A DNA stretch of 43,314 nucleotides from a virus (Duplodnaviria; Caudoviricetes). The stretch spans positions 1 through 43,314 of IMG/VR virus record IMGVR_UViG_3300031519_000055; one strand, given 5' to 3'. Numbering within the stretch: the first letter of the stretch is position 1; each line of letters begins with the position of its first letter. Of this stretch, positions 20,201 through 28,737 are shown piece after piece. The notes under the pieces are model-generated. The model had not been told where the DNA came from. It saw only the letters and a list, made by a program, of their open reading frames with translations, and did no database searches. The position numbers and the translations under genes are program-made.

Positions 20201-20897
20201 AGTTGCAAGTGTATTGAGAACCCCTATGGATTCACCCGAAGGGTATAGTAATGGAACTGCATATACTAAGAAAACATCAAGTGACTTTATCACTTTAAAT
20301 GATAATGTATTCTTTGATTCTCCAAGTGTTATTGCATCTCCATTAAACGAAACAAATGAAATGTCTTCAGAGAAATCATTTACATGTACACTTCAATTAC
20401 AATCTGTAAACGGAAACGTTTCACCAGTAATTGACGTTGGTACAATTGGTGCAATCGGTATATCTAATAGAATTAATAATATCAATAGTTCTTCAGATGT
20501 TCCTACTGGAACTACATATACTGCATCAACAGACCCCGATGGAGATAACAATGCAATGGTATATTGCACAAGAAAAGTTAATCTAAAAACACCTGCAACT
20601 ACACTTAAAGTAATTGCAGATGTATTCAGACCACCAACAACGGGTGTTCAAGTATTATATAAAATTCTTAAGAACGATGAGTCAACACCGTTTGATGATT
20701 TAAATTGGGAATACTTTAACACATTAGGAACGCCTGATGTAACTACAGAGGCTGATGCAAGAAACTTTAAAGAATATGAGTGGACTGTTGATGACTTGCC
20801 AGAGTTCAGTGCATTTGCAGTTAAAGTTGTAGGTAAAGGAAGTAACACTTCAGTAGTTCCTATGGTATCAGCATTAAGGTGCTTAGGACTTGCATAA
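14244..20897 (+). CDS. Large virion structural protein, VrlC/DUF4815-like
   Basis: N-terminal NIAPYYDDF...VLFKAGRPLQSRELTQTQSILQNQ, GADRLK, PGKAYVKGYE, YTMKDIGKI..R..NLE, RFKSGFLVDNF, DPLAQSF. Confidence 0.85.
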   Translation: MPEKTDLNIAPYYDDFAEDKKFNKVLFKAGRPLQSRELTQTQSILQNQIERFGSHMFEEGSLVTGAESDVDLEVFYVKVNSANPNSLGDANVEDYRKLFHGKFLRGKSSGVVGKVFESSAETSADAITLFVKFHSQGTDANNSIVFYSGEELQECTLGEDGTVTVNSANANEFTIKPKTDNPVGRASIASISEGIIFARGFFCKVDAQTLILEKYSGKPTYRVGLTIAESLLSSADDTSLLDNSSGTTNENAAGADRLKIDFTLSKYTLDTVNDVDFVELVRVNQGIIELKITRPIYNEIENSMARRTFDANGDFVVRQFTHSLREHLDDTTNRGYYTSTNGGDVNKFIMQVSPGKAYVKGYEIDKIGTTPIPFNKARSTVTLNNTNTPVRIGNKLRITNVHSLPEFGNESGDANISPFKEVTLWDTTITSDGTEPASGKIGFARLRNIDLQSGTASSQEYDATSTWNLYLFDIKMLTKLSGTLSGTFTEGDQVVGGTSAATGIVSYTASGQLYVHDVVGTFVVGDAITTNGTTSGTTTVTAVRNYNIDRARGVSQDPVDAGSTIFTANVEVDASKTLLGTVTFTNSSTSVTGFATKFTTELKEGDIVINPSNSNEELIVSSITDDTTLTLAGNAGGSYTGNVTRKRAKIYDQDQTSSVFAWPRDWVKTHSCDSIQVRRQQVVDVSGGSFTISTGSNATFGALNTDNFTIAVVDESADGSAYGLGDLLNIEDFTGTAASDGGSGQTLTKSIADNDGAKLKITFTVNRTNPASRNKTLRQSRLLGVESARSAGGYYGTAYDDKEITLGVADVHKIHAIYEGVGGTTPLSPSSYFSVDSGTFQVYETIVGQTSDARAVLITYSGSLATSYYRMVSGTFTESESIVGQTSKAVATITSVSQGSPDIKNRFFFDNGQRDGFYDLAKLTRKVGEPTPSGKILVVFDYFTSDSGDFFDVESYTSIPYQDIPVYSPSRVDLGGLEPDGTFELSDAVDFRPVVGQIIGTSTFGTTNTQDPTNPVNLSNSTEGAVFAPFGYDTGRDFGSSRVGISSTGASANDTPVSGSSVVGDISFYVGRIDKVFLHKSGAFQTSAGIPSLSPTKPKAIDDAIELFEVQIPAYTKNLKNIRVRTQDHRRYTMKDIGKINNRVTNLERLTALSLLERDTQTKQILDADGFDRFKSGFLVDNFRGHRVGDVNHPDYQVGVDTKLGAMRPKSYSQFFDIEFNSTLSSNFQKTGDLITLPYTPATYVNQDKASRTINVNPYHVFNFFGTVKLSPETDIWNDTEQLPEVRINREGNFDAVLAENTNSLGTVWNSWQTTWVGEPNVVSTEVQATSNGSWSGDPAQGGEWVAGLQVSREVTETVETQTRTGVTTSVVEDFVESRNDRVVSISIVPFMRSRTIEVDATNLKPNSNHYFFFDGIRVDGFVRPFSTTYSQDGGTTISSNCKSDGNGRLRAYFELPNSNKQRFPTGQRELRLTSSFYDLSNPGSQASGIYQAQGLLQSNQTEITSTRNGRVILERTNSSRQITRSGERLNAQVFDSVSPPIPPVPELPVIPTIIQDPVEIPIPPPILPPQLPPLDEEPPFIAPPAFIPTSRGLDIIDVPDRRFFDFPLERGWGDPLAQSFLVEKSGGMFVTSIDLYFEKKDTTLPVSVEIRNMVNGYPGQTVIPFSTVTKNPGNVNTSTDGSTATTFTFESPVYLEEDFEYSFVVYSNSNEYTTFISRMGEKDLATSQTISGQPYAGSLFVSQNASTWTATQEDDLKFHMKIASFDTSKNPVLKFENKTLPVSTLQSNPVETFSGQQYVKVYNYTHGMYTTNSNVILAGITGDKENGVLNIATPSVSGTPSNGTYTVSLTGGTGTGASAEFTVSGNAITTSYITDPGTGYATTDTLSAVNFDGGTADLTVGVDVVGDTLGGVPVAAINQSFTAIANIGIDSFTVIPDISSYDVKTTYSANDSTVGGGEVATSTRNYYYDTLHTLIPSLNYSMTRIVASVLRTPMDSPEGYSNGTAYTKKTSSDFITLNDNVFFDSPSVIASPLNETNEMSSEKSFTCTLQLQSVNGNVSPVIDVGTIGAIGISNRINNINSSSDVPTGTTYTASTDPDGDNNAMVYCTRKVNLKTPATTLKVIADVFRPPTTGVQVLYKILKNDESTPFDDLNWEYFNTLGTPDVTTEADARNFKEYEWTVDDLPEFSAFAVKVVGKGSNTSVVPMVSALRCLGLA

Positions 20898-21109
20898 TGT
20901 CTGAGTATGTCAAAGTAGAAGGACACACGTCTCTTGCAAGAGATGAACAGTCTTCTGCTATTGTCAATACAGATATTACTGCATGGAGATTGCAAAAACT
21001 TAGAAAAGAAAATTATAAAAAACAGGCAGAAGAAATAAATAATATTAAGAGTGATATGACAGAAATCAAAAACATTCTTAATCAAATAGTGGAAAAGATA
21101 AATGGCTAA
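20897..21109 (+). CDS. Small conserved hypothetical protein (coiled-coil C-terminus)
   Basis: More likely start is ATG 20897 (TAATG overlap). KVEGH..LARD..S.AIVN motif usually follows VrlC-like genes. Confidence 0.7.
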   Translation: MSEYVKVEGHTSLARDEQSSAIVNTDITAWRLQKLRKENYKKQAEEINNIKSDMTEIKNILNQIVEKING

Positions 21110-22895
21110 ACAAGTAGACCAATTCAGTACTTTAGAAAATTTTAGAACAACTTTTAATGAAGTGTCCACAAACGTGGGCGATATTACGGGACTTAGAACT
21201 ACAAGTCAAGGTACTATTGTAGACGCAGTAAACAGTATTGAAGATAAGTCATTCTTTTTCCAAGAGTTTATTTTTATTGCAACTGCAGGACAAACTACAT
21301 TTTCAGGAACAGATAGTTTTGGTAACACACTAGAGTTTAAAAAAGATAGACTACAAGTTTATGCAGAAAGAGACCATCAAATAAAAGATGATGATTATAC
21401 AATCGGTGGATTTGGTGTATTAAGTGGAAACACTTATAGTCAGATTACACTTGCTACTGGTGCGACTGTTGGTGATAAGATTACTGTATATTCATACACT
21501 GGTTCATACTTAGGAGTCGCAGACTCAGGTGTTGCAACAGGGTTCTTTAACCAAACTGCAGAAAATGTAATATACAATAACAACGACAGTGGTATCATAT
21601 TTAATGAAACTTCTATCAATGCAACAACTACACTTTCAACAAGTGCAAAGATTGAATTTGATGGAAATGTATATCACCAAGATAATGTAACACTTGCAAG
21701 TGGAAAAACATTATCTGCACCAACACTTACAGACGGAACTATGTCTATTAATAGTGGTGCAATAACTAGTGCAACAACTGGTTCATTTAGTAGTAATGTT
21801 GGAGTTGGGTCACTTACTTCTGCAGGAGATGTCGCAGGAACAACTGGTACATTCTCTTCAAGTATATCTGCAACTTCAGCTGTACTTTCTTCAGATTTAA
21901 CCGTTACTGGGAATACTGTACTAAACGGTAATATTGACTTGGGTAATGCTAGTGGTGATACGATTAGCTTGACAGGTTCAGTAGATTCTGATATAATATC
22001 AGATACGAATAATACTCGTGCCTTAGGGTCTAGTAGTAAAAGGTGGTCAACTGTATACTCAACAGATTTAAATGCAACAGGCACCTCCACATTGACTACA
22101 GTGGACATTAATGGTGGTAATATAGACGGTACAGTAATCGGTAGTTCAACTGCAGCTGCAATTACTGGTACAGTAATTACTGCAAGTACAAATTTTGTTG
22201 GAGACTTAACTGGTGATGTCACTGGTACAGTTTCAGATATATCAAATCATAATACAGGAGACTTGACAGAAGGGTCTAATTTGTATTATACTGATACAAG
22301 AGCAAACTCTGCTTTTGATACAAGACTTGCAACTAAAAATACAGCAAACTTGACAGAAGGCAGTAATCTATACTATACTGATGCAAGAGTATCAACAAGA
22401 ACAGACACTATATTAAATCACTCTAATCATACTAACATTACCGTAAGTAAAGTTGGTGATGAGTTGAGATTATCTGCAACAGAAGACAACCTTTCAAATA
22501 ATACTGCAAATGATTTAAGTGATATTAATTATACTTCATCTCCTACTGCAGGTCAAATACTTGCATGGGATGCTAGTGCTGGATATTGGGAACCTGTAGA
22601 CCCAAGTAATACTACAGATAATGTTTCTGAAGGTTCAAACAATAAGTATTTCTCAGACGATAGAATGAATGCAATTATAGATGTTGCAGGTTCTAAAGGT
22701 CTTGTAAAAACATACGTGGACAATGCGAATGGTGGTGCAGATGACCCGTTAGACGGGACAATCACAATCGACCTAAATACCTCGAACGGATTAACCGTTA
22801 GTAGTAATTCTGTTCAGTTAGATTACGAGACTACAAGTACTGCACCTACCCAAGTAGGTAGTACGTCAACTGGACACTTATGGTTTGTGATATGA
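21102..22895 (+). CDS. Fibre/structural protein (module A base)
   Basis: TLENFRTTFN N-terminus, an ATAGQTTF adaptor domain, T/S/G-rich beta repeats, LTEGSNLYYTD repeats, C-terminal TAPT...GHLWFV motif. Confidence 0.7.
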   Translation: MAKQVDQFSTLENFRTTFNEVSTNVGDITGLRTTSQGTIVDAVNSIEDKSFFFQEFIFIATAGQTTFSGTDSFGNTLEFKKDRLQVYAERDHQIKDDDYTIGGFGVLSGNTYSQITLATGATVGDKITVYSYTGSYLGVADSGVATGFFNQTAENVIYNNNDSGIIFNETSINATTTLSTSAKIEFDGNVYHQDNVTLASGKTLSAPTLTDGTMSINSGAITSATTGSFSSNVGVGSLTSAGDVAGTTGTFSSSISATSAVLSSDLTVTGNTVLNGNIDLGNASGDTISLTGSVDSDIISDTNNTRALGSSSKRWSTVYSTDLNATGTSTLTTVDINGGNIDGTVIGSSTAAAITGTVITASTNFVGDLTGDVTGTVSDISNHNTGDLTEGSNLYYTDTRANSAFDTRLATKNTANLTEGSNLYYTDARVSTRTDTILNHSNHTNITVSKVGDELRLSATEDNLSNNTANDLSDINYTSSPTAGQILAWDASAGYWEPVDPSNTTDNVSEGSNNKYFSDDRMNAIIDVAGSKGLVKTYVDNANGGADDPLDGTITIDLNTSNGLTVSSNSVQLDYETTSTAPTQVGSTSTGHLWFVI

Positions 22896-22896
22896 T

Positions 22897-24141
22897 ATGT
22901 CTGACGAAATTTATGTAAATATTGGAACTTCGTTCCAACAACCCTACCAAGGACAGGGACTTGCACAAGGTCGTACACCTGTTATAGCACAATATATTGC
23001 AAGAAAACCTGCAAATGCACAAACACCTTTTACGTATCAGAGTAGACAGCCTGCAAATGCAAGACAACCTGCATCTGCACAAACTCCTTATATTGCAAAT
23101 AGACAAAATCCTTCTATAGTTCAGGCAAATGCTAACTACCCATATAATGCATCTGCACAACAGGCATATCCATACATTGCATCTGCACAAACTTCTACTG
23201 ATAATACAGGAAGACTACCTCTAATTTATAGTAATCAAGGACGAACACCTTTTACTTATGCAAGACAAGGACAAACACCATATAGTGCAACTGGAAGATT
23301 ACCTTCTACATATGAAACACAAGGTCAAACACCTTACAGTTTTCAACAGAGTTATCAACAAACATATACAAGACAGGGACAACAACCATATTCATTTAAT
23401 GATACTGGTCAACAACCCAGTACATATGCAAGACAAGGTAGAGAACCATATAGTTTTCAACAAACTTATCAAGTTCCTACAATATACACTGCACAAGTTA
23501 GTACTAATAGTCAAGCAATATATCAACACCCGACTACATATCAACATCAGGCGCAGATAACTTACAGACACCCTACTAATTCTCAGAGTACATTTCAAAC
23601 ACCTGTTATTCGCCAACAAAGTTATCAACACCCTTATACAGCCACGTACTCTGCAACTGCAATTGGAAGACAGCCTGCAACATACACTTATCCCGACCCT
23701 GCAATTTGGGGCCCGTATCCAGTAACAGGTGGTAATTTAACAAACTATGCATACTTTTATTCAGGGTTTAGGACTACAGGCGGTGGGCCTGCCCAAGTTG
23801 CTACTGGTTTTGGTTCAAGTCCATGGGGTTCTTTGCCAGATTCTAGTCCGTATATACAACATAAATGGTGTTTTCAGAAGATTCCAGTAACTAATGGTAC
23901 TGGCACTTTACAATTTTCATGGTTTAATAAAACACCAACAACTGCATATCTTGGGTCAGAGTTTTCATATATACAAGTAGTGACACCTGCTGGAACTACA
24001 AATATACCAGTAGCTTCATTATCATCCATTTCGCCAACACCAGTACCAAGCTCAACGAGTTTTCAGATGACTATACCATCTCCAAGTTTCCTTACTTATT
24101 GTTTGGCCAATAATCAAGCTGGTTCAATAGCGTTATTTTAA
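22897..24141 (+). CDS. Pro/Gln/Tyr repeat protein A1 (stalk plus C-terminal tip domain)
   Basis: About 255 aa of Pro-delimited repeats, then a 147-aa domain nearly identical to the end of 32193-33668. Confidence 0.85.
   Translation: MSDEIYVNIGTSFQQPYQGQGLAQGRTPVIAQYIARKPANAQTPFTYQSRQPANARQPASAQTPYIANRQNPSIVQANANYPYNASAQQAYPYIASAQTSTDNTGRLPLIYSNQGRTPFTYARQGQTPYSATGRLPSTYETQGQTPYSFQQSYQQTYTRQGQQPYSFNDTGQQPSTYARQGREPYSFQQTYQVPTIYTAQVSTNSQAIYQHPTTYQHQAQITYRHPTNSQSTFQTPVIRQQSYQHPYTATYSATAIGRQPATYTYPDPAIWGPYPVTGGNLTNYAYFYSGFRTTGGGPAQVATGFGSSPWGSLPDSSPYIQHKWCFQKIPVTNGTGTLQFSWFNKTPTTAYLGSEFSYIQVVTPAGTTNIPVASLSSISPTPVPSSTSFQMTIPSPSFLTYCLANNQAGSIALF
23680..24141 (+). repeat. Direct repeat copy 1 (462 nt, tip domain)
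   Basis: Aligns without gaps to 33207-33668; 20 mismatches by manual count. Confidence 0.95.
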
Positions 24142-24154
24142 TGGAGGATAAGAA

Positions 24155-25063
24155 ATGGCAATAGGAAATACTCAACAACCGTATATTTTTCAATATCAGA
24201 CTCCGTATACAAGACAGGTTAGTTCTCAACAACCTTATTCAGTTCAGCAACCTGCAAGACAACCATTAAATGTTCAGAATATTAGTCAACAACCATATTC
24301 GTTTACTGCAAACAGACAAAACACTGCAAGATATCCTGCAATTGTTCAAGTATCATATCAAGCAAATAAACAAACAGCTGGAACAAGACCTATTGCATCT
24401 GCACAAAGACCTTATCCTTATATTGCAAATAGACAAAATCCGTATCCATTTGTTAATAGTGGTCAGATAACATATCCGTACACTGCAAGAAAACCTGCAA
24501 CTACACCAATTGCAGAAGCACAACAACCTTATCCGTATATTGCTGATGCACAAACGCCATATCCGTATATTGCACAGGCAACATATCCATACATTGCATC
24601 TGCTCAACAACCTTATCCGTATGATGCAAATGCACAACAACCTTATCCGTACATATCTCAAACTCCAAGTACATATGCACGTCAAGGTAGAACACCTTTT
24701 ACATATCAACATCAGGCACCTTACAGTTTTTCAACTCCTGCAAGAACACCTAGTGAATATAGTAATAGACAACCTAGTATTTACCAAAACCCTGTAATAT
24801 ATCAAAACCCATATATTGCAAATGCTAGACAACCTTCAACATATCAACTTGCATATCAATCACCGTATAGTTTACAGCAAAATTATGTGTATCAACAACC
24901 CTACACAACAACTAGAACGGTTGGCCCGATTGCAAAAGTAAAAGGTGTGTATAGAAATAATGCTGGAACGGTAGAGAAGGTAGACAAGATTTATGTCAAT
25001 GATAGTGGAACTTTGGAAAAAATACACCAATCAGTTCCAACTGCTCAATTCAATAAGGGTTAA
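24155..25063 (+). CDS. Pro/Gln/Tyr repeat protein A2 (mirror partner of A1)
   Basis: GGAGG RBS; starts MAIGNTQQP like 33987-34919; C-terminal KVDKIYVN module. Confidence 0.85.
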   Translation: MAIGNTQQPYIFQYQTPYTRQVSSQQPYSVQQPARQPLNVQNISQQPYSFTANRQNTARYPAIVQVSYQANKQTAGTRPIASAQRPYPYIANRQNPYPFVNSGQITYPYTARKPATTPIAEAQQPYPYIADAQTPYPYIAQATYPYIASAQQPYPYDANAQQPYPYISQTPSTYARQGRTPFTYQHQAPYSFSTPARTPSEYSNRQPSIYQNPVIYQNPYIANARQPSTYQLAYQSPYSLQQNYVYQQPYTTTRTVGPIAKVKGVYRNNAGTVEKVDKIYVNDSGTLEKIHQSVPTAQFNKG

Positions 25064-25068
25064 AGGAG

Positions 25069-25076
25069 TATAAATA
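25069..25076 (+). promoter_or_regulatory. T4-type late promoter TATAAATA
   Basis: Exact consensus 6 nt before ATG 25083. Confidence 0.75.
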
Positions 25077-25082
25077 GTATAT

Positions 25083-25412
25083 ATGGCTATACTTGCAAAC
25101 ATTTTTATCGACCAAGGTGCTGACTTTTCAATCACTGTAGATGTCACAGACTCTTCAGGTGATATTTTGAATATGTCAGGGTACACTGCAGCTGCACAAA
25201 TAAGAAAAACTTATAGTTCTTCAACTATATCTGCAACCTTTACATGTACCGTACAAGAGGCGAGTGGTCAAGTAACCATAGCATTAACAGATACACAAAC
25301 AACAGCACTAGAAGCTGGTAGATATGTATACGATATGACAGTTACCAGTGGTAGTACTACAACTAGAGTTGTTGAAGGACAGGCAATTGTAACGCCAGGA
25401 GTGACAAGATGA
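25083..25412 (+). CDS. Small Ig-like virion protein (BppU-N-like)
   Basis: NIFIDQGADF, GYTAAAQIRK, LTDTQT..LEAGRYVYD, RVVEG...VTPGVT; common in marine T4-likes. Confidence 0.7.
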   Translation: MAILANIFIDQGADFSITVDVTDSSGDILNMSGYTAAAQIRKTYSSSTISATFTCTVQEASGQVTIALTDTQTTALEAGRYVYDMTVTSGSTTTRVVEGQAIVTPGVTR

Positions 25413-25654
25413 GCAACATAAAAGGAACATTAAGTAGAGTTGCAACTATTGGGGGAAGAATACAGGGACAAGGTAATCTTCGTGCTAAACAAGTTGCGAT
25501 AGGAAATGCTTCAACAGTTACAGACATATCAACTAAAAATTTAAACGAACTTGCAGATGTAAATGCAACAGAAACAGATGACGGACTTCTTTCATATGAT
25601 GCCTCTTCTGATAAATGGACAACTACTACAACTTTAGACGGTGGAACATTCTAG
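25409..25654 (+). CDS. Small structural protein ending in DGGTF
   Basis: ATGA overlap; LNELADV...DGLLSYD...KW motif and LDGGTF terminus. Confidence 0.7.
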   Translation: MSNIKGTLSRVATIGGRIQGQGNLRAKQVAIGNASTVTDISTKNLNELADVNATETDDGLLSYDASSDKWTTTTTLDGGTF

Positions 25655-25658
25655 TTGT

Positions 25659-25665
25659 CTAAATA
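25659..25665 (+). promoter_or_regulatory. Probable late promoter variant CTAAATA
   Basis: TAAATA core at the start of a 149-nt intergenic region; the same variant occurs at 29562, 34923 and 39401. Confidence 0.5.
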
Positions 25666-25680
25666 CTAGTACAAATCAAG

Positions 25681-25767
25681 GATACCAACCAGTGAAGGTA
25701 TCGACCCACATAGTGAGTGGACAGGTTTTAAATATTATGTAATCAACGACCCCGAAAGTGACGGGTC
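25681..25767 (+). ncRNA. Putative structured 5' leader: three hairpins with AGUGA loops
   Basis: GATACC-aaccAGTGAa-GGTATC; CCAC-atAGTGA-GTGG; GAC(C)CCG-aaAGTGA-CGGGTC. Confidence 0.55.
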
Positions 25768-25803
25768 ATTTTAAAAACAATTAATTTTTATAGGAAAATA
25801 AAA

Positions 25804-27432
25804 ATGGCAACAGTAATTCAAATTAAAAGAAGTACAGGCGCAGCTGCACCAACAGTCTCAGACTTAAGTGAAGGCGAATTAGCGTACGTACAAGATAGGT
25901 CGAATTCAGGTGCTAGTGCAAAACTTTATATCGAATCTGTAGACTCTTTAGGTGCAGCTGCGATACACGAAGTCGGTGGTAAATATTACACTGATATCGT
26001 AGATGGTTCATCTGCAACTCCTGCTGACTTTAAAGTCGGTAACGGAGCAACTTCAGGTGGTTCATTAAAGTTATTAGAAGATTCAGACAACGGAACTAAT
26101 TTCGTTGCTTTGAAAGCTGCTGATACACTTTCATCAGACGTGACCTTTACATTACCTTCAGCAGACGGTAGTGCAAACCAAGTAATTGGTACAGACGGAA
26201 GTGGAACACTTTCATTCTTATCAACAACATCTACAATAGCAGGTGCAACGGATTCAGATATCTCAGCTCCATCATCAGGACAATTACTTGTTCATGACGG
26301 AAGTGATTCATTTGATAACGTATCACTAAGTGGTGACGTTACTATGGCATCTTCAGGTGCAGTAACAATCGCAAACGACGCTGTAGAAACAGCAATGATT
26401 GCAGACAGTAATGTAACAGTAGGAAAAATCGACTTCTTAGTAGACGAAGACAATATGGCTTCAGACTCTGCAGTTAAAGTTCCTTCTCAGCAATCTGTTA
26501 AAGCATATGTAGATTCACAAGTAACAGCACAGGATTTAGACCTTGCTGGTGATTCAGGAACTGGTGCAGTCGACTTAGACTCTCAGTCAATCACATTTAC
26601 TGGTGGAACTGGTGTAACAACTTCTGTTTCAGGACAAGCAGCGACTTTCGCTATTGGTCAGGCAGTAGGTACAACATCTAACGTAACTTTCAACAACGTA
26701 GACGTTGATGGAACACTTACATCGGATGATATTACATCTACAAACATTAGTGTTGCAGGTAATGCTACAATCACTGGAAACTTAACTGTACAAGGCACAA
26801 CAACAACTGTAGACTCAACAACAGTTTCAATTGCAGACCCAGTGTTTGAAATTGGTTCTGATGCTTCAGATGATAACTTAGATAGAGGTATTAAATTCAA
26901 ATATAACGATGGAACTGCTAAACTCGGTTTCTTCGGTATGGACGAAAATAATCAAAAATTTGTTGCTCTTAAAGCTGCAACAGATTCTTCTTCAGTATTC
27001 AGTGGTACAGCAATGGACGCTGTATTCGGTGGATTAACAGTATCAAGTCTATCAACAACTGGTGATTTATCAGGTGCTGACCTTTCATTAAGTGGTGCAA
27101 TTACAGGTTATGCTGGTTCAGCTCTTACTGCTGGTGAGTTATTCATTGCGAATGGTTCTACTGGTGAAATGGAAGCTGCAGTTTTAACTGCTGGAGAAGG
27201 TGTAGATATTACTAATGCTGATGGTGCTATCACTATCGCTGGTGAAGACGCATCAACATCTAATAAAGGTATTGCAAGTTTTGCTTCTGCCATATTTGAT
27301 GTTACTTCAGGTGCTGTATCTATTAAAGATGCAACAGCTTCAGTAAAAGGTATTGCTTCATTTGCTTCTGATAATTTCACACTCACTTCAGGTGCAGTTG
27401 CAATTACAGCTATTGATGGTGGAACATTTTAA
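25804..27432 (+). CDS. Tail fibre-like protein
   Basis: N-terminal IQIKRS...LSEGELA (Mtd_N/hyaluronidase-N-like), FTLPSADG, GNLTVQGTTTTVDST, KGIASF repeats, IDGGTF terminus. Confidence 0.75.
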   Translation: MATVIQIKRSTGAAAPTVSDLSEGELAYVQDRSNSGASAKLYIESVDSLGAAAIHEVGGKYYTDIVDGSSATPADFKVGNGATSGGSLKLLEDSDNGTNFVALKAADTLSSDVTFTLPSADGSANQVIGTDGSGTLSFLSTTSTIAGATDSDISAPSSGQLLVHDGSDSFDNVSLSGDVTMASSGAVTIANDAVETAMIADSNVTVGKIDFLVDEDNMASDSAVKVPSQQSVKAYVDSQVTAQDLDLAGDSGTGAVDLDSQSITFTGGTGVTTSVSGQAATFAIGQAVGTTSNVTFNNVDVDGTLTSDDITSTNISVAGNATITGNLTVQGTTTTVDSTTVSIADPVFEIGSDASDDNLDRGIKFKYNDGTAKLGFFGMDENNQKFVALKAATDSSSVFSGTAMDAVFGGLTVSSLSTTGDLSGADLSLSGAITGYAGSALTAGELFIANGSTGEMEAAVLTAGEGVDITNADGAITIAGEDASTSNKGIASFASAIFDVTSGAVSIKDATASVKGIASFASDNFTLTSGAVAITAIDGGTF

Positions 27433-27471
27433 TTAAAATAGTTCAATTAACCAATTCAATAGGAGAGTAAA

Positions 27472-28296
27472 ATGGCAACAGTAATCCAATTTAAAAGAAG
27501 TTCGACTCAGAACCAAGTTCCTGCGACTAGTGATTTATCACTAGGGGAACTTGCTGTAAATACTTACCACGGTAGGTTTTACACTGAAAAGAATGATGGG
27601 TCTGCTGCTGTAGTAGAAGTCGGGTCAAACCCTTCTACTCTTACTATAAATGATGCAATAGCATTTCCAACTAGTGATGGTACAAGCGGTCAGTTGTTAT
27701 CAACTGATGGTAGTGGAACTATAGGTTTCACTGATGCACCTTCTAGTGGTGTTACTACATTTACTTATAGTGTGACAACTAACCAAACGGTCTTTACAGG
27801 TAATGACGATAACGGAGCATCCTTATCGTATACACTTGGTTTAGAACAGGTTTACTTGAATGGTATTAAACTTATAGTTGGAGACGACTATGCAAGGACA
27901 AATACCAGTTCAATCACATTACAAGCGAATGCAGTATCAGGAGATGTTTTAGAGGTGGTCGCTCAGACCTCAATATCAAACTTAGTACAGGGGTTTTTCA
28001 CAACAACTGCACTAACTGCTACAACAGCAGACCAAGTATTGAGTTCTAATCCAACAGGTAATAAAGCAGTGAAATATGTCATAATGGCATCTCACGCTAC
28101 TGCTGGAACACATGCGGCTGAAGTATTATTAATTAACGATGGTTCAAATGCGTATTTTGTTCAGTACGGTGATGCTTTCTCAGCGTCTTCACTATTTACT
28201 TTATCTTCGGATATAAGTGGTGGAAACATGAGATTGTTAACTACACCTGCTAACACAACTACAACATTTAAAACCTTCCAAATTAGACTTTCATAA
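27472..28296 (+). CDS. Fibre-associated structural protein
   Basis: Paralogous IQFKRS...LGELA N-terminus, VYLNG adaptor domain, C-terminal AVKY...HAAEV...QYG domain. Confidence 0.7.
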   Translation: MATVIQFKRSSTQNQVPATSDLSLGELAVNTYHGRFYTEKNDGSAAVVEVGSNPSTLTINDAIAFPTSDGTSGQLLSTDGSGTIGFTDAPSSGVTTFTYSVTTNQTVFTGNDDNGASLSYTLGLEQVYLNGIKLIVGDDYARTNTSSITLQANAVSGDVLEVVAQTSISNLVQGFFTTTALTATTADQVLSSNPTGNKAVKYVIMASHATAGTHAAEVLLINDGSNAYFVQYGDAFSASSLFTLSSDISGGNMRLLTTPANTTTTFKTFQIRLS

Positions 28297-28306
28297 GGAG
28301 TAAAAC

Positions 28307-28717
28307 ATGGCGAAAACTAACGCATTTAAAATCGCTGAGTTAATTCGTGGTATACAATTCGATGTAGACAACGATGAAATTACGACTTCTAAGAAAGTCA
28401 AATCTAGGGACAAGACCTCGGGAAATACAACTAAGACTGCAACTACAGAATTTGCACTGGACACTTTTGCTCACGCAGAGTTCCGAGCTGCAAGATACAT
28501 AGTTGCAATGTCAGAAGGAAGTGCTTTCCACTCTACAGAAATTGTAGTAGTTCATGATGGTTCAGATGTCACGTTAACTCAGTATGGTACTTTAAAATCT
28601 AAAACCCTTGCAACATTTGATGCAGATATTTCAGGAGATAATCTAAGATTATTAGCTACTCCTGCTTCAGTCTCATCAACAGTAATGAAGTTCGATAGAA
28701 CTACAGTAGACGCATAG
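28307..28717 (+). CDS. Structural protein (DTF...RAARY...HSTE...QYG domain)
   Basis: AGGAG RBS; paralogous to the C-termini of 27472-28296 and 28782-29528. Confidence 0.7.
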   Translation: MAKTNAFKIAELIRGIQFDVDNDEITTSKKVKSRDKTSGNTTKTATTEFALDTFAHAEFRAARYIVAMSEGSAFHSTEIVVVHDGSDVTLTQYGTLKSKTLATFDADISGDNLRLLATPASVSSTVMKFDRTTVDA

Positions 28718-28737
28718 AACTGATTTTAAAAATCTTT

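Noticed and set aside
24130-24160. A1/A2 (and B1/B2) as a broken pseudogene or frameshift/readthrough product
   Set aside because: Each downstream gene has its own RBS and the same MAIGNTQQP start in both modules, and B1 and B2 are separated by another intact ORF. The split looks deliberate.
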